DNA of 63,910 nt, filler included. It is 5 parts of 5 records of this genome, joined end to end, with 100 filler letters (N's around TTAATTAATTAA, not from the genome) between each part and the next. Parts side by side here need not be neighbours in the genome. Positions count along the whole stretch, not along the records: positions 1 to 18,628 come from SRR31156797_264; 4 more parts are not named here. One strand, 5' to 3'. The position numbers and the translations under genes are program-made. This document shows positions 1 to 10,326 of this stretch, one piece after another; the stretch's first letter is position 1; each line of letters starts with the position of its first letter. The notes beneath the pieces are model-generated. The model did not search any database. It saw only the letters and a list, made by a program, of their open reading frames with translations, and was not told the origin of the DNA.

Positions 1-1
1 T

Positions 2-436
2 TATAATAAAGATATGCAGGAAGATAAAGAGCCTGTTTTCGATGCGATCGATACTATCAAAGCTTCCCTCAAAATCTTCTCACCTATGATAGAGAAGATG
101 AAGCTCCGCACAGAAAATATGGAAAAGTCAGCGGGCAACGGTTTCTCCACTGCTACAGACCTTGCAGACTACCTTGTACGCAAGGGTGTACCTTTCAGAG
201 AGTCACACCATATTGTTGGCTCTGCTGTGGCTTACGCCATAGAAAAAGACTGCGACCTTTCAGACCTTTCGCTGGATGAATTCGGCAAATTTACTGATGT
301 AATCACTGATGACATCTATAAATATATCACTGTGAGGGCTTCCGTTAACAGCCGTACAGCTTTCGGCGGAACAGCAGACAAGTCAGTAGATACACAGCTT
401 ACATCAGCTAAGAAGTTTTTAGATGAAATACTTTAG
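2..436 (+). CDS. argH: argininosuccinate lyase, C-terminal part (5' truncated by window)
   Basis: YNKDMQEDKE, ATDLADYLVRKGVPFRESHHIVG and GGT motifs. Confidence 0.95.
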   Translation, partial: YNKDMQEDKEPVFDAIDTIKASLKIFSPMIEKMKLRTENMEKSAGNGFSTATDLADYLVRKGVPFRESHHIVGSAVAYAIEKDCDLSDLSLDEFGKFTDVITDDIYKYITVRASVNSRTAFGGTADKSVDTQLTSAKKFLDEIL

Positions 437-1259
437 TTTCCTAATACTACTCCTGATAGTCCTTGCTGCCTGCGGGAAAAAGACTGACCCTATCCCTAGA
501 GAGTCTCTGGAGAATGTAGCTCCTCCTGAAAAGGTTGTGATCAAAGCTACTCCTGAGGGATTTTTTATCGCTAACAACGAAGACGCTGTACTTCTTATAG
601 CGAAAGGTGAGCGTGTTGGTGACTCATGTCCGGAGTTCACTAAGTTAAAAGTGCTAGCTCCTAAAGCTGACTTCATCGACACTGACGTTAAAGAAGGGCA
701 GGGTTACAGCTATCAGATCATTAAGCGTACGATAAAATATAAGCTCACTTCTGAGCCGAGAATTTTTCCTGTAACTTACTCCGTACCGCCAGTGGTGGAG
801 AGTGCGACGGTTATAGACAACAAGGTGACTATCAAACCATCTGGCAAATTCATCAGGCTTGATGTTATTTCTGGCGGCAAAAGTATCATTCAGACTGGTA
901 AGACATTCTTTGAAATTTCTCCAGACTTAAATAATTTTTCAGTTACTCTCACAGATAGATACGGCAACTCAGGCACACCATACTCAGTAGAAGTAAAGCG
1001 TGAAAAAACAGCGACTCTTGGCAAGCTTACAGGGCTAACAGCAGCATACCTAGGCGGTTCACTCCGCATAGTATGGGACACAGTTGAAAACGCAGATTCA
1101 TACATAACAGAAGTTTGCGAAGAAAACTGTACAGCACTTAAATCAAATTTACCTTTCATCAATTATCAGAAAGCATTTGACAAGTGTGTAGATATTACTG
1201 TAAAAGCTTTGAACTCCAACGCCACTTCAGAAGCTAAAACAACCAGATATTGCAAATAA
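423..1259 (+). CDS. lipoprotein with LptM/YifL-like N-terminus and fibronectin type III-like beta domains
   Basis: Lipobox LAAC followed by GKKTDPIP; FIDTDVKEGQGYSYQI and LRIVWDTVENADSY look like FN3. Confidence 0.65.
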   Translation: MKYFSFLILLLIVLAACGKKTDPIPRESLENVAPPEKVVIKATPEGFFIANNEDAVLLIAKGERVGDSCPEFTKLKVLAPKADFIDTDVKEGQGYSYQIIKRTIKYKLTSEPRIFPVTYSVPPVVESATVIDNKVTIKPSGKFIRLDVISGGKSIIQTGKTFFEISPDLNNFSVTLTDRYGNSGTPYSVEVKREKTATLGKLTGLTAAYLGGSLRIVWDTVENADSYITEVCEENCTALKSNLPFINYQKAFDKCVDITVKALNSNATSEAKTTRYCK

Positions 1260-1271
1260 AAGGATAATAAC

Positions 1272-2627
1272 ATGTTTACAGTCGGAATCATCGGCAGACC
1301 AAATGTCGGCAAATCGACACTTTTCAACAGACTTGCGGGGAAAAGACTCGCCATCGTAGACGACATGCCCGGTGTCACCAGAGACAGAATAGAGTTTACC
1401 TCTGAATGGCAAGGCGAAAGATTCAGCATTGTAGACACAGCAGGTTTCGACCTTAAAGAAGAGCTTGTAAAGAAAGAGATGCAGCAACAGTTTTACTCTG
1501 CTCTCGATGAAGCAGACTTCTTTATCCTTATGTCTGACGGAACGGAAGGGATCCATCCGCTTGATGAGATCGTAGTTGATATGCTCCGCCAGAAGGAAAA
1601 GCCTTATGTGCTTGTTGTAAACAAGGTCGATTCAGATTCACGTGAAGACCTTATTTTCGAATTTTATAAACTCGGTTGCGAAAAGATCATCTCTATCAGT
1701 GCGACCCACGGGCGTAATGTTGATGAGCTTCTCGACGAAGTTATCAGCCATATCCCGGAAGGGCACGACGCTTCTGACCCGTATAAAGGACGTATAAAGC
1801 TTGTTATCACAGGTCGTCCTAACACTGGTAAATCGAGCATGATCAACAAGTGGCTCGGTGAAGAGCGTCTCATCGTTACACCTATCCCCGGCACTACCCG
1901 TGATGCTGTTGATACATTTTTTGAGATAGACGGGGACAAATATGTCCTTATCGATACAGCAGGAATCCGTAAAAAGAAGTCTATGTTTAAAGACAAGATA
2001 GAAAAATACGGCTACTACCGCTGGAAGGACGCTGTTGAGCGTGCTGACGTTTCTGTTTGTATCATTGATGCAGTCGAAGGGCTTACTGAGCGTGACGTAA
2101 AGGTTATCGCTGATACTTGGGAAGCGGGAAGACCTGTTATCCTCGTTATCAACAAATGGGACCTAATCGAAGAGAAGGACGAGCAGGCTAAAGCGTTTAT
2201 GAGCGACATAGACTATAAGCTCCAGTTCCTTAATAATCCTCCGATCATCTTCACATCTACTATCACAGGTAAGAACATTTATAAGATTTTTAAAGCTGCG
2301 AAAGAGCTTTACATAGAATCTGAGAAGAGAATAAGCACTCACAAGCTTCAGCACATCATTGAAGAAGCTGTCTACAGACATCAGCCGCCTGTTGTTAAAA
2401 ACAGACGTATCAAATTTTACTACATCACTCAGGTGAGCATTCTGCCGCCAGAGTTTATCGTATTTGTTAATTACCCAGATTCAGTTCACTTCTCTTACCA
2501 GAGGTTCCTGAAAAACCTCATCAGAGAATTCCACGGATTTTCCGGTGTGCCTATCAAGCTGCACCTTCGAAAACGTGGTGAGAGTAAAGGTGGGCTTATG
2601 GGTGAGGATATGAATAAACAACATTAA
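1272..2627 (+). CDS. der: ribosome biogenesis GTPase Der (EngA)
   Basis: Two G domains (GRPNVGKS/DTAG/NKVD; GRPNTGKS/DTAG/NKWD) and a KH-like tail. Confidence 0.97.
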   Translation: MFTVGIIGRPNVGKSTLFNRLAGKRLAIVDDMPGVTRDRIEFTSEWQGERFSIVDTAGFDLKEELVKKEMQQQFYSALDEADFFILMSDGTEGIHPLDEIVVDMLRQKEKPYVLVVNKVDSDSREDLIFEFYKLGCEKIISISATHGRNVDELLDEVISHIPEGHDASDPYKGRIKLVITGRPNTGKSSMINKWLGEERLIVTPIPGTTRDAVDTFFEIDGDKYVLIDTAGIRKKKSMFKDKIEKYGYYRWKDAVERADVSVCIIDAVEGLTERDVKVIADTWEAGRPVILVINKWDLIEEKDEQAKAFMSDIDYKLQFLNNPPIIFTSTITGKNIYKIFKAAKELYIESEKRISTHKLQHIIEEAVYRHQPPVVKNRRIKFYYITQVSILPPEFIVFVNYPDSVHFSYQRFLKNLIREFHGFSGVPIKLHLRKRGESKGGLMGEDMNKQH

Positions 2628-2844
2628 GCACCTCAAAACTCGCTTAATCTATGGTCTGTGTTTTATTTTTAATGAAATATTGTAAAATCACTTATAATAT
2701 TTAAAAATACCGCTGTACCTGTTCATTTCTACTGGAAATCTCCGATAAGTTGTAATATAACCGTTAACTTATACTCTTTTTGCGTCGCAACAAAAAGTAG
2801 TCTAACAATAACGGGTGAGACCCCCGAATAATAAAGGTGTAAAA

Positions 2845-4158
2845 ATGCGCTATGATTTAGCCAAGAGCGGAAATGGGTTAACCTATGAAATCCGCAACAT
2901 TGTCACAGTAGCTAACCTACTGGAGAAACACGGAGTCGAAATATGTTACGAAAACATAGGCGACCCTGTGGCGAAAGGTGAAGTTATACCAACATGGATG
3001 AAAGAGACCATCGCGGATATCGTTGTAAACAACGACCTCTCCTTCGCTTACTGCCCTACTAAAGGTGTCGATGATGTACGTCAGTTTCTGGCCGATAAGA
3101 ACAATGCCAGAGGCGGTGCCCAGATATCTAAAGAGGACATTATATTTTTCAACGGACTTGGCGACGCAATAGCACGAGCGTATAGCTCAATCAGAGTAGA
3201 TGCCAGGATAATGCTTCCTGAGCCGACCTACTCAACACACCTTCTGGCGGAGGTGCTACACGCATCATATCCTCCAAACACTTATAGAATGAATCCTTAC
3301 GACAACTGGAAGCCTGACCTTAATGAGCTTGAGCGTAAGGTTAGAAGCTCTAACTCTGTTGTTGGTATCCTCGTTATCAACCCTGATAATCCGACAGGAT
3401 ACGTGCATACAGAGGAAGACCTCAGAAGAATTGTCGAGATAGCTAAAGAGTACGAGCTTATGCTTGTGTTCGACGAGATATATCTGAATATGGTTTACAA
3501 CGGCAAGAAGACACTTGCCCTGGCTGACATTATAGGTGATGTGCCTGGTATATCTATGAAAGGTATCTCTAAAGAGTACCCTTGGCCTGGCGCCAGATGC
3601 GGCTGGATAGAGGTTTATAACGCTGATAAGGATGAGCAGTTTGCTCGCTTTGTTAACGCTGTGCTCAATCAGAAGATGTCTGAGGTTTGCTCAACGACAC
3701 TTCCTCAGCTCACTATACCAGAGATAATGGGGCACGAGAATTATGACGGATACCTTAATGAGAGACTCAGACATTATGAGAATCTCTCTAATATCGCATA
3801 CAACATCCTGAAGGACTGCCCATACGTTGTTGTTAACCGCTCTGATGGCGCTTTCTATATGTCTGTTGTATTTAACGAAGCTGTGCTAAACGATCAGCAG
3901 ATGCTGAATATCGACATACCTGAGGTTAAGAAGATTGTTGAGGATCTCACTACTTCCCGTGTAAATAGCGATATGAGATTTGTATACTACCTTCTCGGAG
4001 CTACGGGCATATGTGTTGTTCCGCTAACATCGTTCTTCACATCTACTCCTGGGTTCCGTATGACTTTACTGGAGAAGGACGTAGATAAGTTTGAGCAGAC
4101 AGTTAAAACGCTTAAAGATAAGATTGTTGAGTATGTAGAATCAGGTAAATGCTACTAG
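2845..4158 (+). CDS. PLP-dependent class I/II aminotransferase (AlaA/AspC-like)
   Basis: NIGDP, INPDNPTG, DEIY, ISKEYPWPGARCGW; ATG at 2845 follows an AAAGGTG RBS. Confidence 0.9.
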   Translation: MRYDLAKSGNGLTYEIRNIVTVANLLEKHGVEICYENIGDPVAKGEVIPTWMKETIADIVVNNDLSFAYCPTKGVDDVRQFLADKNNARGGAQISKEDIIFFNGLGDAIARAYSSIRVDARIMLPEPTYSTHLLAEVLHASYPPNTYRMNPYDNWKPDLNELERKVRSSNSVVGILVINPDNPTGYVHTEEDLRRIVEIAKEYELMLVFDEIYLNMVYNGKKTLALADIIGDVPGISMKGISKEYPWPGARCGWIEVYNADKDEQFARFVNAVLNQKMSEVCSTTLPQLTIPEIMGHENYDGYLNERLRHYENLSNIAYNILKDCPYVVVNRSDGAFYMSVVFNEAVLNDQQMLNIDIPEVKKIVEDLTTSRVNSDMRFVYYLLGATGICVVPLTSFFTSTPGFRMTLLEKDVDKFEQTVKTLKDKIVEYVESGKCY

Positions 4159-4183
4159 GCAGCTTAATGGAATAATTAATTAT

Positions 4184-4222
4184 AAGTCTCCGGTGTCTCT
4201 TGGGGTGCCGGAGATTTTTTTT
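4184..4222. terminator. probable bidirectional intrinsic terminator
   Basis: TCTCCGGTGTCTC/GGGGTGCCGGAGA stem plus T-run between convergent genes. Confidence 0.7.
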
Positions 4223-6488
4223 ATTCAGCTTTAAGGATCTGCTCTATTGTTCTCACTAGGTCTTTGATCATCAGGGGCTTAATCATAATAGTGTGATCTT
4301 CTTCATTAAATCCGTCTTTTCTGTGTGCTTCGCCTACATATCCTGTAGTAAAAATAAATTTCTGATCAGGCTTTTTAGCTATTATCTCATTATATGCTGT
4401 AATTCCATTCATCACAGGCATAACAATATCTGTAATGACCATATCTATTTCGCCTTTTTTCTCATCAAAAATATCTACTGCTTCCTTACCGTTTACCGCT
4501 TCAAGAACATTATATCCATATATATCAAGCGCATGTGCGAGTGATTCTCTAACTATCTTCTCGTCTTCAGCTAAAAGTATCGTTATATCCTGCGACGAAT
4601 CCTCTATCTCTGCATCTGAAACAGTCTCTTCTACAGTCTTATCGGTGGAAGGTACTTTGATAATAAATTCTGTCCCCTCACCCGGCACAGATATGCAGTC
4701 GATATCACCTTTATGTCTGCCTATTATATCAGTCACAATGTAGAGACCGAGCCCTGTCCCTTTCCCCGACTCTTTTGTGGTGTAGAACGGCTCAAAGACC
4801 TTGTCCAGTGTCTTCTTATCCATACCGCAGCCATTATCTTTTACACTGATGACAGCATATTCTGTGAATCCGCCTACCGACCCTTCGTCACTCACCATAG
4901 ACCTGTCAGTTTTAATGGTTAGTACACCTTCCGCCTCTATAGCATCACGTGCATTAGTCGCAAGGTTTATTATAACCTGCTCAAGCTGAACAGGGTCACC
5001 CATAATATTTATGTCATCTTCCATAAGCTCCAAAACCAGCTCTATCCTGCTCCCGATGACCATAGTGAGAAATTCTCCCACTGATTTCACCAGTGAATTA
5101 ACACTGACCGGTCTCTCTGCTTCCATCTGTTTACGTGAAAAAGTCAGCAGGTTTTTTGTGAGGTCTCTAGCCCTGACTGTCAGCTCTGATATCTTCTCAG
5201 CATAGGTATAAAATCGGCTCTCCTTATCCATCTTGCGCTTCATAATAGATGAAAACCCGCCTATTGCAGTGAGCATATTAGTGAAGTCGTGCGCTATACC
5301 GCTTGTAAGCTCACCCACTGTCTCCATCTTTTGTGCGTGGAGCAGCTGGGTTTTAATGTGCACACTTTCAGTGATATCCTCTTCTACTATAATAATATTT
5401 GCTACCTTGTAACCATCTCCTATAACGGGTGAAATCGAACCTAGAACTATATACTCCTCACCATTATGCCCTGTTTTCTGATATTCCCCTATCCAGCTTT
5501 CGCCATTTTTGCAAGCTTCGATAGCGTCCAGAAACTCTTTCCCGCTCTTTTCATACATTAGCTCTTCAGTGAGGTCACTCCCCACTAGAAATGTTTTACT
5601 CTTCCCTGCGGTTTCTATCTGCTTTTTATTCACATATATTATTTTGGATTTATCATCAATAACTGTTACAGAGGAAGCACTTGCATCAATTGCTTTATTT
5701 AGGACAAATGCGTGCTGCTTAACACTCTCTTTCTCTGTGCTGTCGTGGACAATTGCGAGTATAGAGACGCTTCCCTCTGTTTCTGCTGTCTGAAATACTG
5801 CTTCAGCCGGATACTTTGTTCCGTCTTTCCTTATAAACCGTGTCTGAAACATCACTCTGTTCTGGCTGTTGTCTTTCCCGTCAACAGTGAGCGGAAGTAT
5901 CTCTTCTGCTATCTTTTCAATACTCATTCCGTACAGTTCGCTAATGCTATACCCTAAATTTGTAAGTGCTTTCTTGTTAGCAAATTTTACCTTGTAGCTG
6001 TCACCGCCGAGAACATACACCTCATCTTCAGCTGAATCTATTATTTTCATCAGCTCTTTGATCTCCTGCCTAGCTCTCTTCCCTGCAAGAATCTCTTCGT
6101 AAGCTCTCTGTTCCCTTCTGATAACCGGTCCGAGCCTCTTCATGTTGTCCAGGGTGATATAATCTTCTACTCCTGATTCGAGGAGGTCGCCAGCTTCATC
6201 CTGTTTATCTTTTTCTGTGATCAATATTAGAGGTGCTTCTTTGTCATAGATATCGAGAATTTCTAGTGCTTTCTCAACACAATCAGTACCCAGCTTGTGA
6301 TCGACCATAACTATCCGACCGCCAGACGCAACGAGACTGTCCTGTAATACACTGGTATTATTTAAGATTATTAACTCTTTGTCTGAATTAATCGATTTTA
6401 GATATTCTTCTACAGTACAAATTACCTGACCGTTGTCAGATATAAGTATGATCGCTTTTTGATTGTACGGGTACATCTCTATCAACAC
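4221..6488 (-). CDS. cytoplasmic hybrid sensor histidine kinase (REC-like, PAS, PAS, HisKA, HATPase, REC)
   Basis: H-box GIAHDFTNML, N-box QVIINLATNARDA, DNGCG, FYTTKESGKGTGLGL, C-terminal receiver (ITDIVMP, KP). Confidence 0.9.
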   Translation of the reverse strand: MLIEMYPYNQKAIILISDNGQVICTVEEYLKSINSDKELIILNNTSVLQDSLVASGGRIVMVDHKLGTDCVEKALEILDIYDKEAPLILITEKDKQDEAGDLLESGVEDYITLDNMKRLGPVIRREQRAYEEILAGKRARQEIKELMKIIDSAEDEVYVLGGDSYKVKFANKKALTNLGYSISELYGMSIEKIAEEILPLTVDGKDNSQNRVMFQTRFIRKDGTKYPAEAVFQTAETEGSVSILAIVHDSTEKESVKQHAFVLNKAIDASASSVTVIDDKSKIIYVNKKQIETAGKSKTFLVGSDLTEELMYEKSGKEFLDAIEACKNGESWIGEYQKTGHNGEEYIVLGSISPVIGDGYKVANIIIVEEDITESVHIKTQLLHAQKMETVGELTSGIAHDFTNMLTAIGGFSSIMKRKMDKESRFYTYAEKISELTVRARDLTKNLLTFSRKQMEAERPVSVNSLVKSVGEFLTMVIGSRIELVLELMEDDINIMGDPVQLEQVIINLATNARDAIEAEGVLTIKTDRSMVSDEGSVGGFTEYAVISVKDNGCGMDKKTLDKVFEPFYTTKESGKGTGLGLYIVTDIIGRHKGDIDCISVPGEGTEFIIKVPSTDKTVEETVSDAEIEDSSQDITILLAEDEKIVRESLAHALDIYGYNVLEAVNGKEAVDIFDEKKGEIDMVITDIVMPVMNGITAYNEIIAKKPDQKFIFTTGYVGEAHRKDGFNEEDHTIMIKPLMIKDLVRTIEQILKAE

Positions 6489-6516
6489 CCCGCATCATCA
6501 CCTTAAAAGTGATTGT

Positions 6517-7308
6517 TTATTCTGGAGCTTCGTACTCTCTGTATCCGAACTTTTTAGAAAGAACTCTTGCAGCGTCATCAACGATAGGTGCGATAACCTC
6601 GTGTATATGTTCTATAGCCATCCTCTCAGATGGAGCAGAAACCGATATACCTGCTATCACGTTCCCCATAAAGTCTTTGATCGGTGCTCCGACACATCTA
6701 ACCCCGAGCTCGTACTCTTCGTTATCTATTGCATAGCCAAGGCGCTTTATCTCTGTGAGCTCTTCTTTCAGCTCATCAAAACTGCCTATTGTGTTAGGTG
6801 TGATCTTCATAAAATCACCAGAGTATAGCTTTTCAAGCTCGAATGAATCGTAGTAGGCGAGCTGTGCTTTACCTGTTGCAGTAGCGTAAGCAGGACCTAC
6901 GTTACCTATTCTAGGGAGCACTCTTACAGCCTGATCTGTCTCTATGACGTTAAGGTATACAACATTACCGTCACGAAGTACGCTGATATATGCAGACTCA
7001 TTTGTATCGTGCTTGAGCTGCTGAAGGACCTGAATTGATATCTCGATGATATTAAGCTTATTAATGTATGCCTGAGAAATCTGGAACGTTTTAACACCAA
7101 GGCGGAAGTTGCCTGTGTATCTGTTATGCTCCACATATCCGAGCAGTTCCAAAGTAGCAAGAAGCTTATTTACGTTACTTCTAGTGAGTCCAAGATCACC
7201 TACAACATCAGTGATGCTGAGCTCGTGATCCTTCTCTCCAAGGAGTTCTAATATATCTATCGCGTTGCTTACTGCCTGGACGGCGTATTCAGATTTTTCT
7301 CTTTTCAT
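6517..7308 (-). CDS. IclR family transcriptional regulator
   Basis: N-terminal HTH; ATGKAQLA and GYAIDNEEYELGVRCVGAPI. Confidence 0.93.
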   Translation of the reverse strand: MKREKSEYAVQAVSNAIDILELLGEKDHELSITDVVGDLGLTRSNVNKLLATLELLGYVEHNRYTGNFRLGVKTFQISQAYINKLNIIEISIQVLQQLKHDTNESAYISVLRDGNVVYLNVIETDQAVRVLPRIGNVGPAYATATGKAQLAYYDSFELEKLYSGDFMKITPNTIGSFDELKEELTEIKRLGYAIDNEEYELGVRCVGAPIKDFMGNVIAGISVSAPSERMAIEHIHEVIAPIVDDAARVLSKKFGYREYEAPE

Positions 7309-7454
7309 TATATCACCTTTTAGTTAATGACTGATGTTCAAAACAGTGTTTAGAAATCAGCCACCCGTTCTAATATTTACACAAAAAACCTTACTGTCGT
7401 CAATAGTATATTTACTAGTTTTTCAATTAATACAATAAATGTTACAAATACTTA

Positions 7455-8690
7455 TCAACAGTTTCCATCTAAGCTGCATGCAAAGTTGAAACTATCCTGC
7501 ATTATCTCATTAAAAATATGAAAGTCTATATTTAAAGTTTTGAAATGCTGATTCATTGCCATAACATCATCTTTCTCATAATCCTGTACGGTTTTTAGTA
7601 CAACTCCGAGTTGCCCCTCTTTATAAATTACTGCTTTTTTGATCTCATCATCTATATTAAAATCATCAATTACTTCTTTAAGTTCTCTATTAAACACAGC
7701 ATCCATAAGTGACAATATCCCCACGAGGTAGGCTTCACCAGCTTTTTCTTTAGCAAAATTTGCTTTAACGCAAATATTCTCCATAGCTCTCCCTCTCACC
7801 TGTGCTGTTATCAATAGCGGATTATCAAAACTATCCCCTTTCGGTCCAGCGTATAGTATCAGGTACAGCCATTTCGCAAGATTATCCCTGCCGAGCAGTG
7901 CCATAGCGTGCTTGATTGATGTAACGGTTCCCCTTGTACCAAAAGCTGCTGAATTCATAAATTTCAGCATATTTATATATAAGTCAGGGTAGTTTTTTAT
8001 CACCTTTTCCAAATCACTCGCCTCAGCTTCCTGCCTCAGCATATTTATAAGCTGCACAGTCGCCGCTCTGGATGGATCTACTGATTTTTGTGATATAACC
8101 ACTGGCTTAGCAAAAAAGTACCCCTGAAACAGATCGAAACCAAGCTCTTTGCATATCTCATAATCTTCCTGAGTTTCTACCTTCTCTGCTAACATCTTAC
8201 ATTTCAGCTTCTTAAAGATTAACATATTTTTCTTAAGCTGCTCTTTATCACAAAACATATAGTCAACTTTGATCACATCAACCATCTGGAAGAGCTTACT
8301 AAACATCGCATAATATTCTTTCGACAACACTAAGTCATCAAGTGCAAATGTATACCCTATCTCCTGATAATCAGCTACCTTATTAATCAGCTCTTCTGTA
8401 ACTTTAGTTGTTTCCAGAATTTCAATTACCAGATTTTCCTTAGGCAATATGTCTAGTGCACCGTCCATTATTGTGCTTTCATCAGCGTTTATGAACCCTT
8501 TTTTATTCCCAAGTAACCCTTTCAGCCCTATATTTTGTATAGCATTAATGAGCACTCTAGCTGTTGCCGCAGAGTTATCCACAACATTTGCTTCACTCTC
8601 ACCTGCCTGTCTAAATAGTAATTCATAAGCGTAGATGCGACCCTTGCTGTCTATTATCGGCTGTCTACCTATGTAGAATTCACTGCTCAT
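7455..8690 (-). CDS. EAL + HDOD domain protein (YuxH/CdgJ-like c-di-GMP phosphodiesterase)
   Basis: RQPI, AYELLFR, IEILE, ALDD, LAEKVET, FQGYFF; HDOD motif NSAAFG...SIKHAMALLG. Confidence 0.88.
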   Translation of the reverse strand: MSSEFYIGRQPIIDSKGRIYAYELLFRQAGESEANVVDNSAATARVLINAIQNIGLKGLLGNKKGFINADESTIMDGALDILPKENLVIEILETTKVTEELINKVADYQEIGYTFALDDLVLSKEYYAMFSKLFQMVDVIKVDYMFCDKEQLKKNMLIFKKLKCKMLAEKVETQEDYEICKELGFDLFQGYFFAKPVVISQKSVDPSRAATVQLINMLRQEAEASDLEKVIKNYPDLYINMLKFMNSAAFGTRGTVTSIKHAMALLGRDNLAKWLYLILYAGPKGDSFDNPLLITAQVRGRAMENICVKANFAKEKAGEAYLVGILSLMDAVFNRELKEVIDDFNIDDEIKKAVIYKEGQLGVVLKTVQDYEKDDVMAMNQHFKTLNIDFHIFNEIMQDSFNFACSLDGNC

Positions 8691-8698
8691 GTTAATCC

Positions 8699-9205
8699 TT
8701 AGATATACTTAACAATATCTTTTACTTCTTCTCTTTTCCTCTCTCTTGTCACACCTTCTTTTGCGTAACCGAGAGGGGTCATCAATAAAATTTCTTCGTC
8801 ATCTTCCAGCTCAATAGCTTGTTCAGCTATCTCTTTGTCAAATGCTGCGATATAGCACGTACCAAGCCCCTGCTCTTCTGCCGCCAGTATGAAGTAGTCT
8901 GCAATTATTGTTACGTCACATAGAAGATAATCAGCTCCGTCCTGCCTTTTCCAGCTCTTGTTTCTCTTTCCTGTAAATATAATAATTATCGGTGCTTCTG
9001 CAAACCATTCTCTGTCATAACTTTTTACAACTCTTTTTTTCGTATCAACATCTTTGACTATATAAATTCTCCACGGCTGCCTGTTTGCAGCACTCGGAGC
9101 AAGTCTGCTACATTCTAATATGTAATCTATCTTCTTCTGCTCAACATCTTTATCGAGATATCCTCGATGACTGTATCTTTTTTCAGTCAACTCCTTGAAT
9201 TTCAT
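8699..9205 (-). CDS. nitroreductase family protein
   Basis: RYSHRGY, APSAANRQPW, AAEEQGLGTC; likely ATG at 9205. Confidence 0.9.
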   Translation of the reverse strand: MKFKELTEKRYSHRGYLDKDVEQKKIDYILECSRLAPSAANRQPWRIYIVKDVDTKKRVVKSYDREWFAEAPIIIIFTGKRNKSWKRQDGADYLLCDVTIIADYFILAAEEQGLGTCYIAAFDKEIAEQAIELEDDEEILLMTPLGYAKEGVTRERKREEVKDIVKYI

Positions 9206-9257
9206 CGTCTCTCCGTTTATCATTGTTTTACCAATTATACCAAATAAGGAGACACAA

Positions 9258-10325
9258 ATGTCATCAGAAGTTTTCTTTTCTACAATAGATAGTAAAAAAC
9301 ACAAGAGCCCGCTTTTAAAGATTAAAAAGCTTATTAATAGATGTGCTCCTGAGGCACTCTTTAAAAAGGGTGATCTTCTCGCTATAAAAACTCATTTCGG
9401 TGAACTTGGCAATACTGCTTTCACACGTCCGATATTTCTCAGACCTATTATAGATAAATTAAACCATATTGGAACTAAACCATTCCTAACTGACACTAAC
9501 ACTCTTTACGTCGGCATGAGAACTAATTCTGTTGATCATCTCCTCAATGCGACTATGAACGGTTTTAACTTCTCTACTTTGCAGGTACCTGTTGTTATTG
9601 CAGATGGATTACGTGGTGATAACGGTACGGATGTTGATATACAAGGCGATGTTCTCTCTTCTGTTAAACTCGCAAGTGACATAGCTTCTTCCGACGGGAT
9701 GGTTGTGGTTTCACATTTCAAAGGTCACGAAGTCTCCGGCTTTGGCGGTGCTATTAAAAACCTTTCTATGGGCTGTTCCTGTAGGGATGGTAAGCTGGCT
9801 ATGCATTCTGATTCTAAGCCGGGTGTTCACCATGACAAGTGTACATCCTGTGGCAGGTGTCTCAGCTTTTGTGCCTCCAGCGCCATAGATATGACCCCTA
9901 AAGCAACAATCAATACAAACTGTAGCGGATGTGCCATGTGTATCTCAGTTTGCCCTGAGGGGGCTATAAACATCAACTGGGACGCTTCATCAGCTTCTAC
10001 CATGACCAAAATGGCTGAGTACGCTTCCGGTGTCACCAAAGCTCTTGATAATAAACTTATTTATCTGAATGTAATTCTCTCTGTCTCCCCTGCCTGTGAT
10101 TGCTATCCGGGTAATGACAGACCTGTCGTAGGTGACATAGGCTTCGCTGCTTCTCTCGACCCTGTGGCTATAGATAAAGCCTGTCACGACCTTGTGATCA
10201 AAGCATATGGTGGCAGCGACCCTTTCAAAGAACGCTACCCGCAGGTTGACTCAGACATACAGCTGAGCCATTCTGAAAAGATGGGGATAGGAACTAAGGA
10301 TTATAAATTAATAACAGTTGAATAA
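9258..10325 (+). CDS. DUF362 domain 4Fe-4S protein
   Basis: KTHFGE, HFKGH..GFGGAIKN, two CxxCxxCxxxC ferredoxin motifs, CDC; AAGGAG RBS before ATG 9258. Confidence 0.88.
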   Translation: MSSEVFFSTIDSKKHKSPLLKIKKLINRCAPEALFKKGDLLAIKTHFGELGNTAFTRPIFLRPIIDKLNHIGTKPFLTDTNTLYVGMRTNSVDHLLNATMNGFNFSTLQVPVVIADGLRGDNGTDVDIQGDVLSSVKLASDIASSDGMVVVSHFKGHEVSGFGGAIKNLSMGCSCRDGKLAMHSDSKPGVHHDKCTSCGRCLSFCASSAIDMTPKATINTNCSGCAMCISVCPEGAININWDASSASTMTKMAEYASGVTKALDNKLIYLNVILSVSPACDCYPGNDRPVVGDIGFAASLDPVAIDKACHDLVIKAYGGSDPFKERYPQVDSDIQLSHSEKMGIGTKDYKLITVE

Positions 10326-10326
10326 T

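Noticed and set aside
2640-2844. Riboswitch or leader RNA before the aminotransferase
   Set aside because: Only imperfect short inverted repeats; no recognisable aptamer
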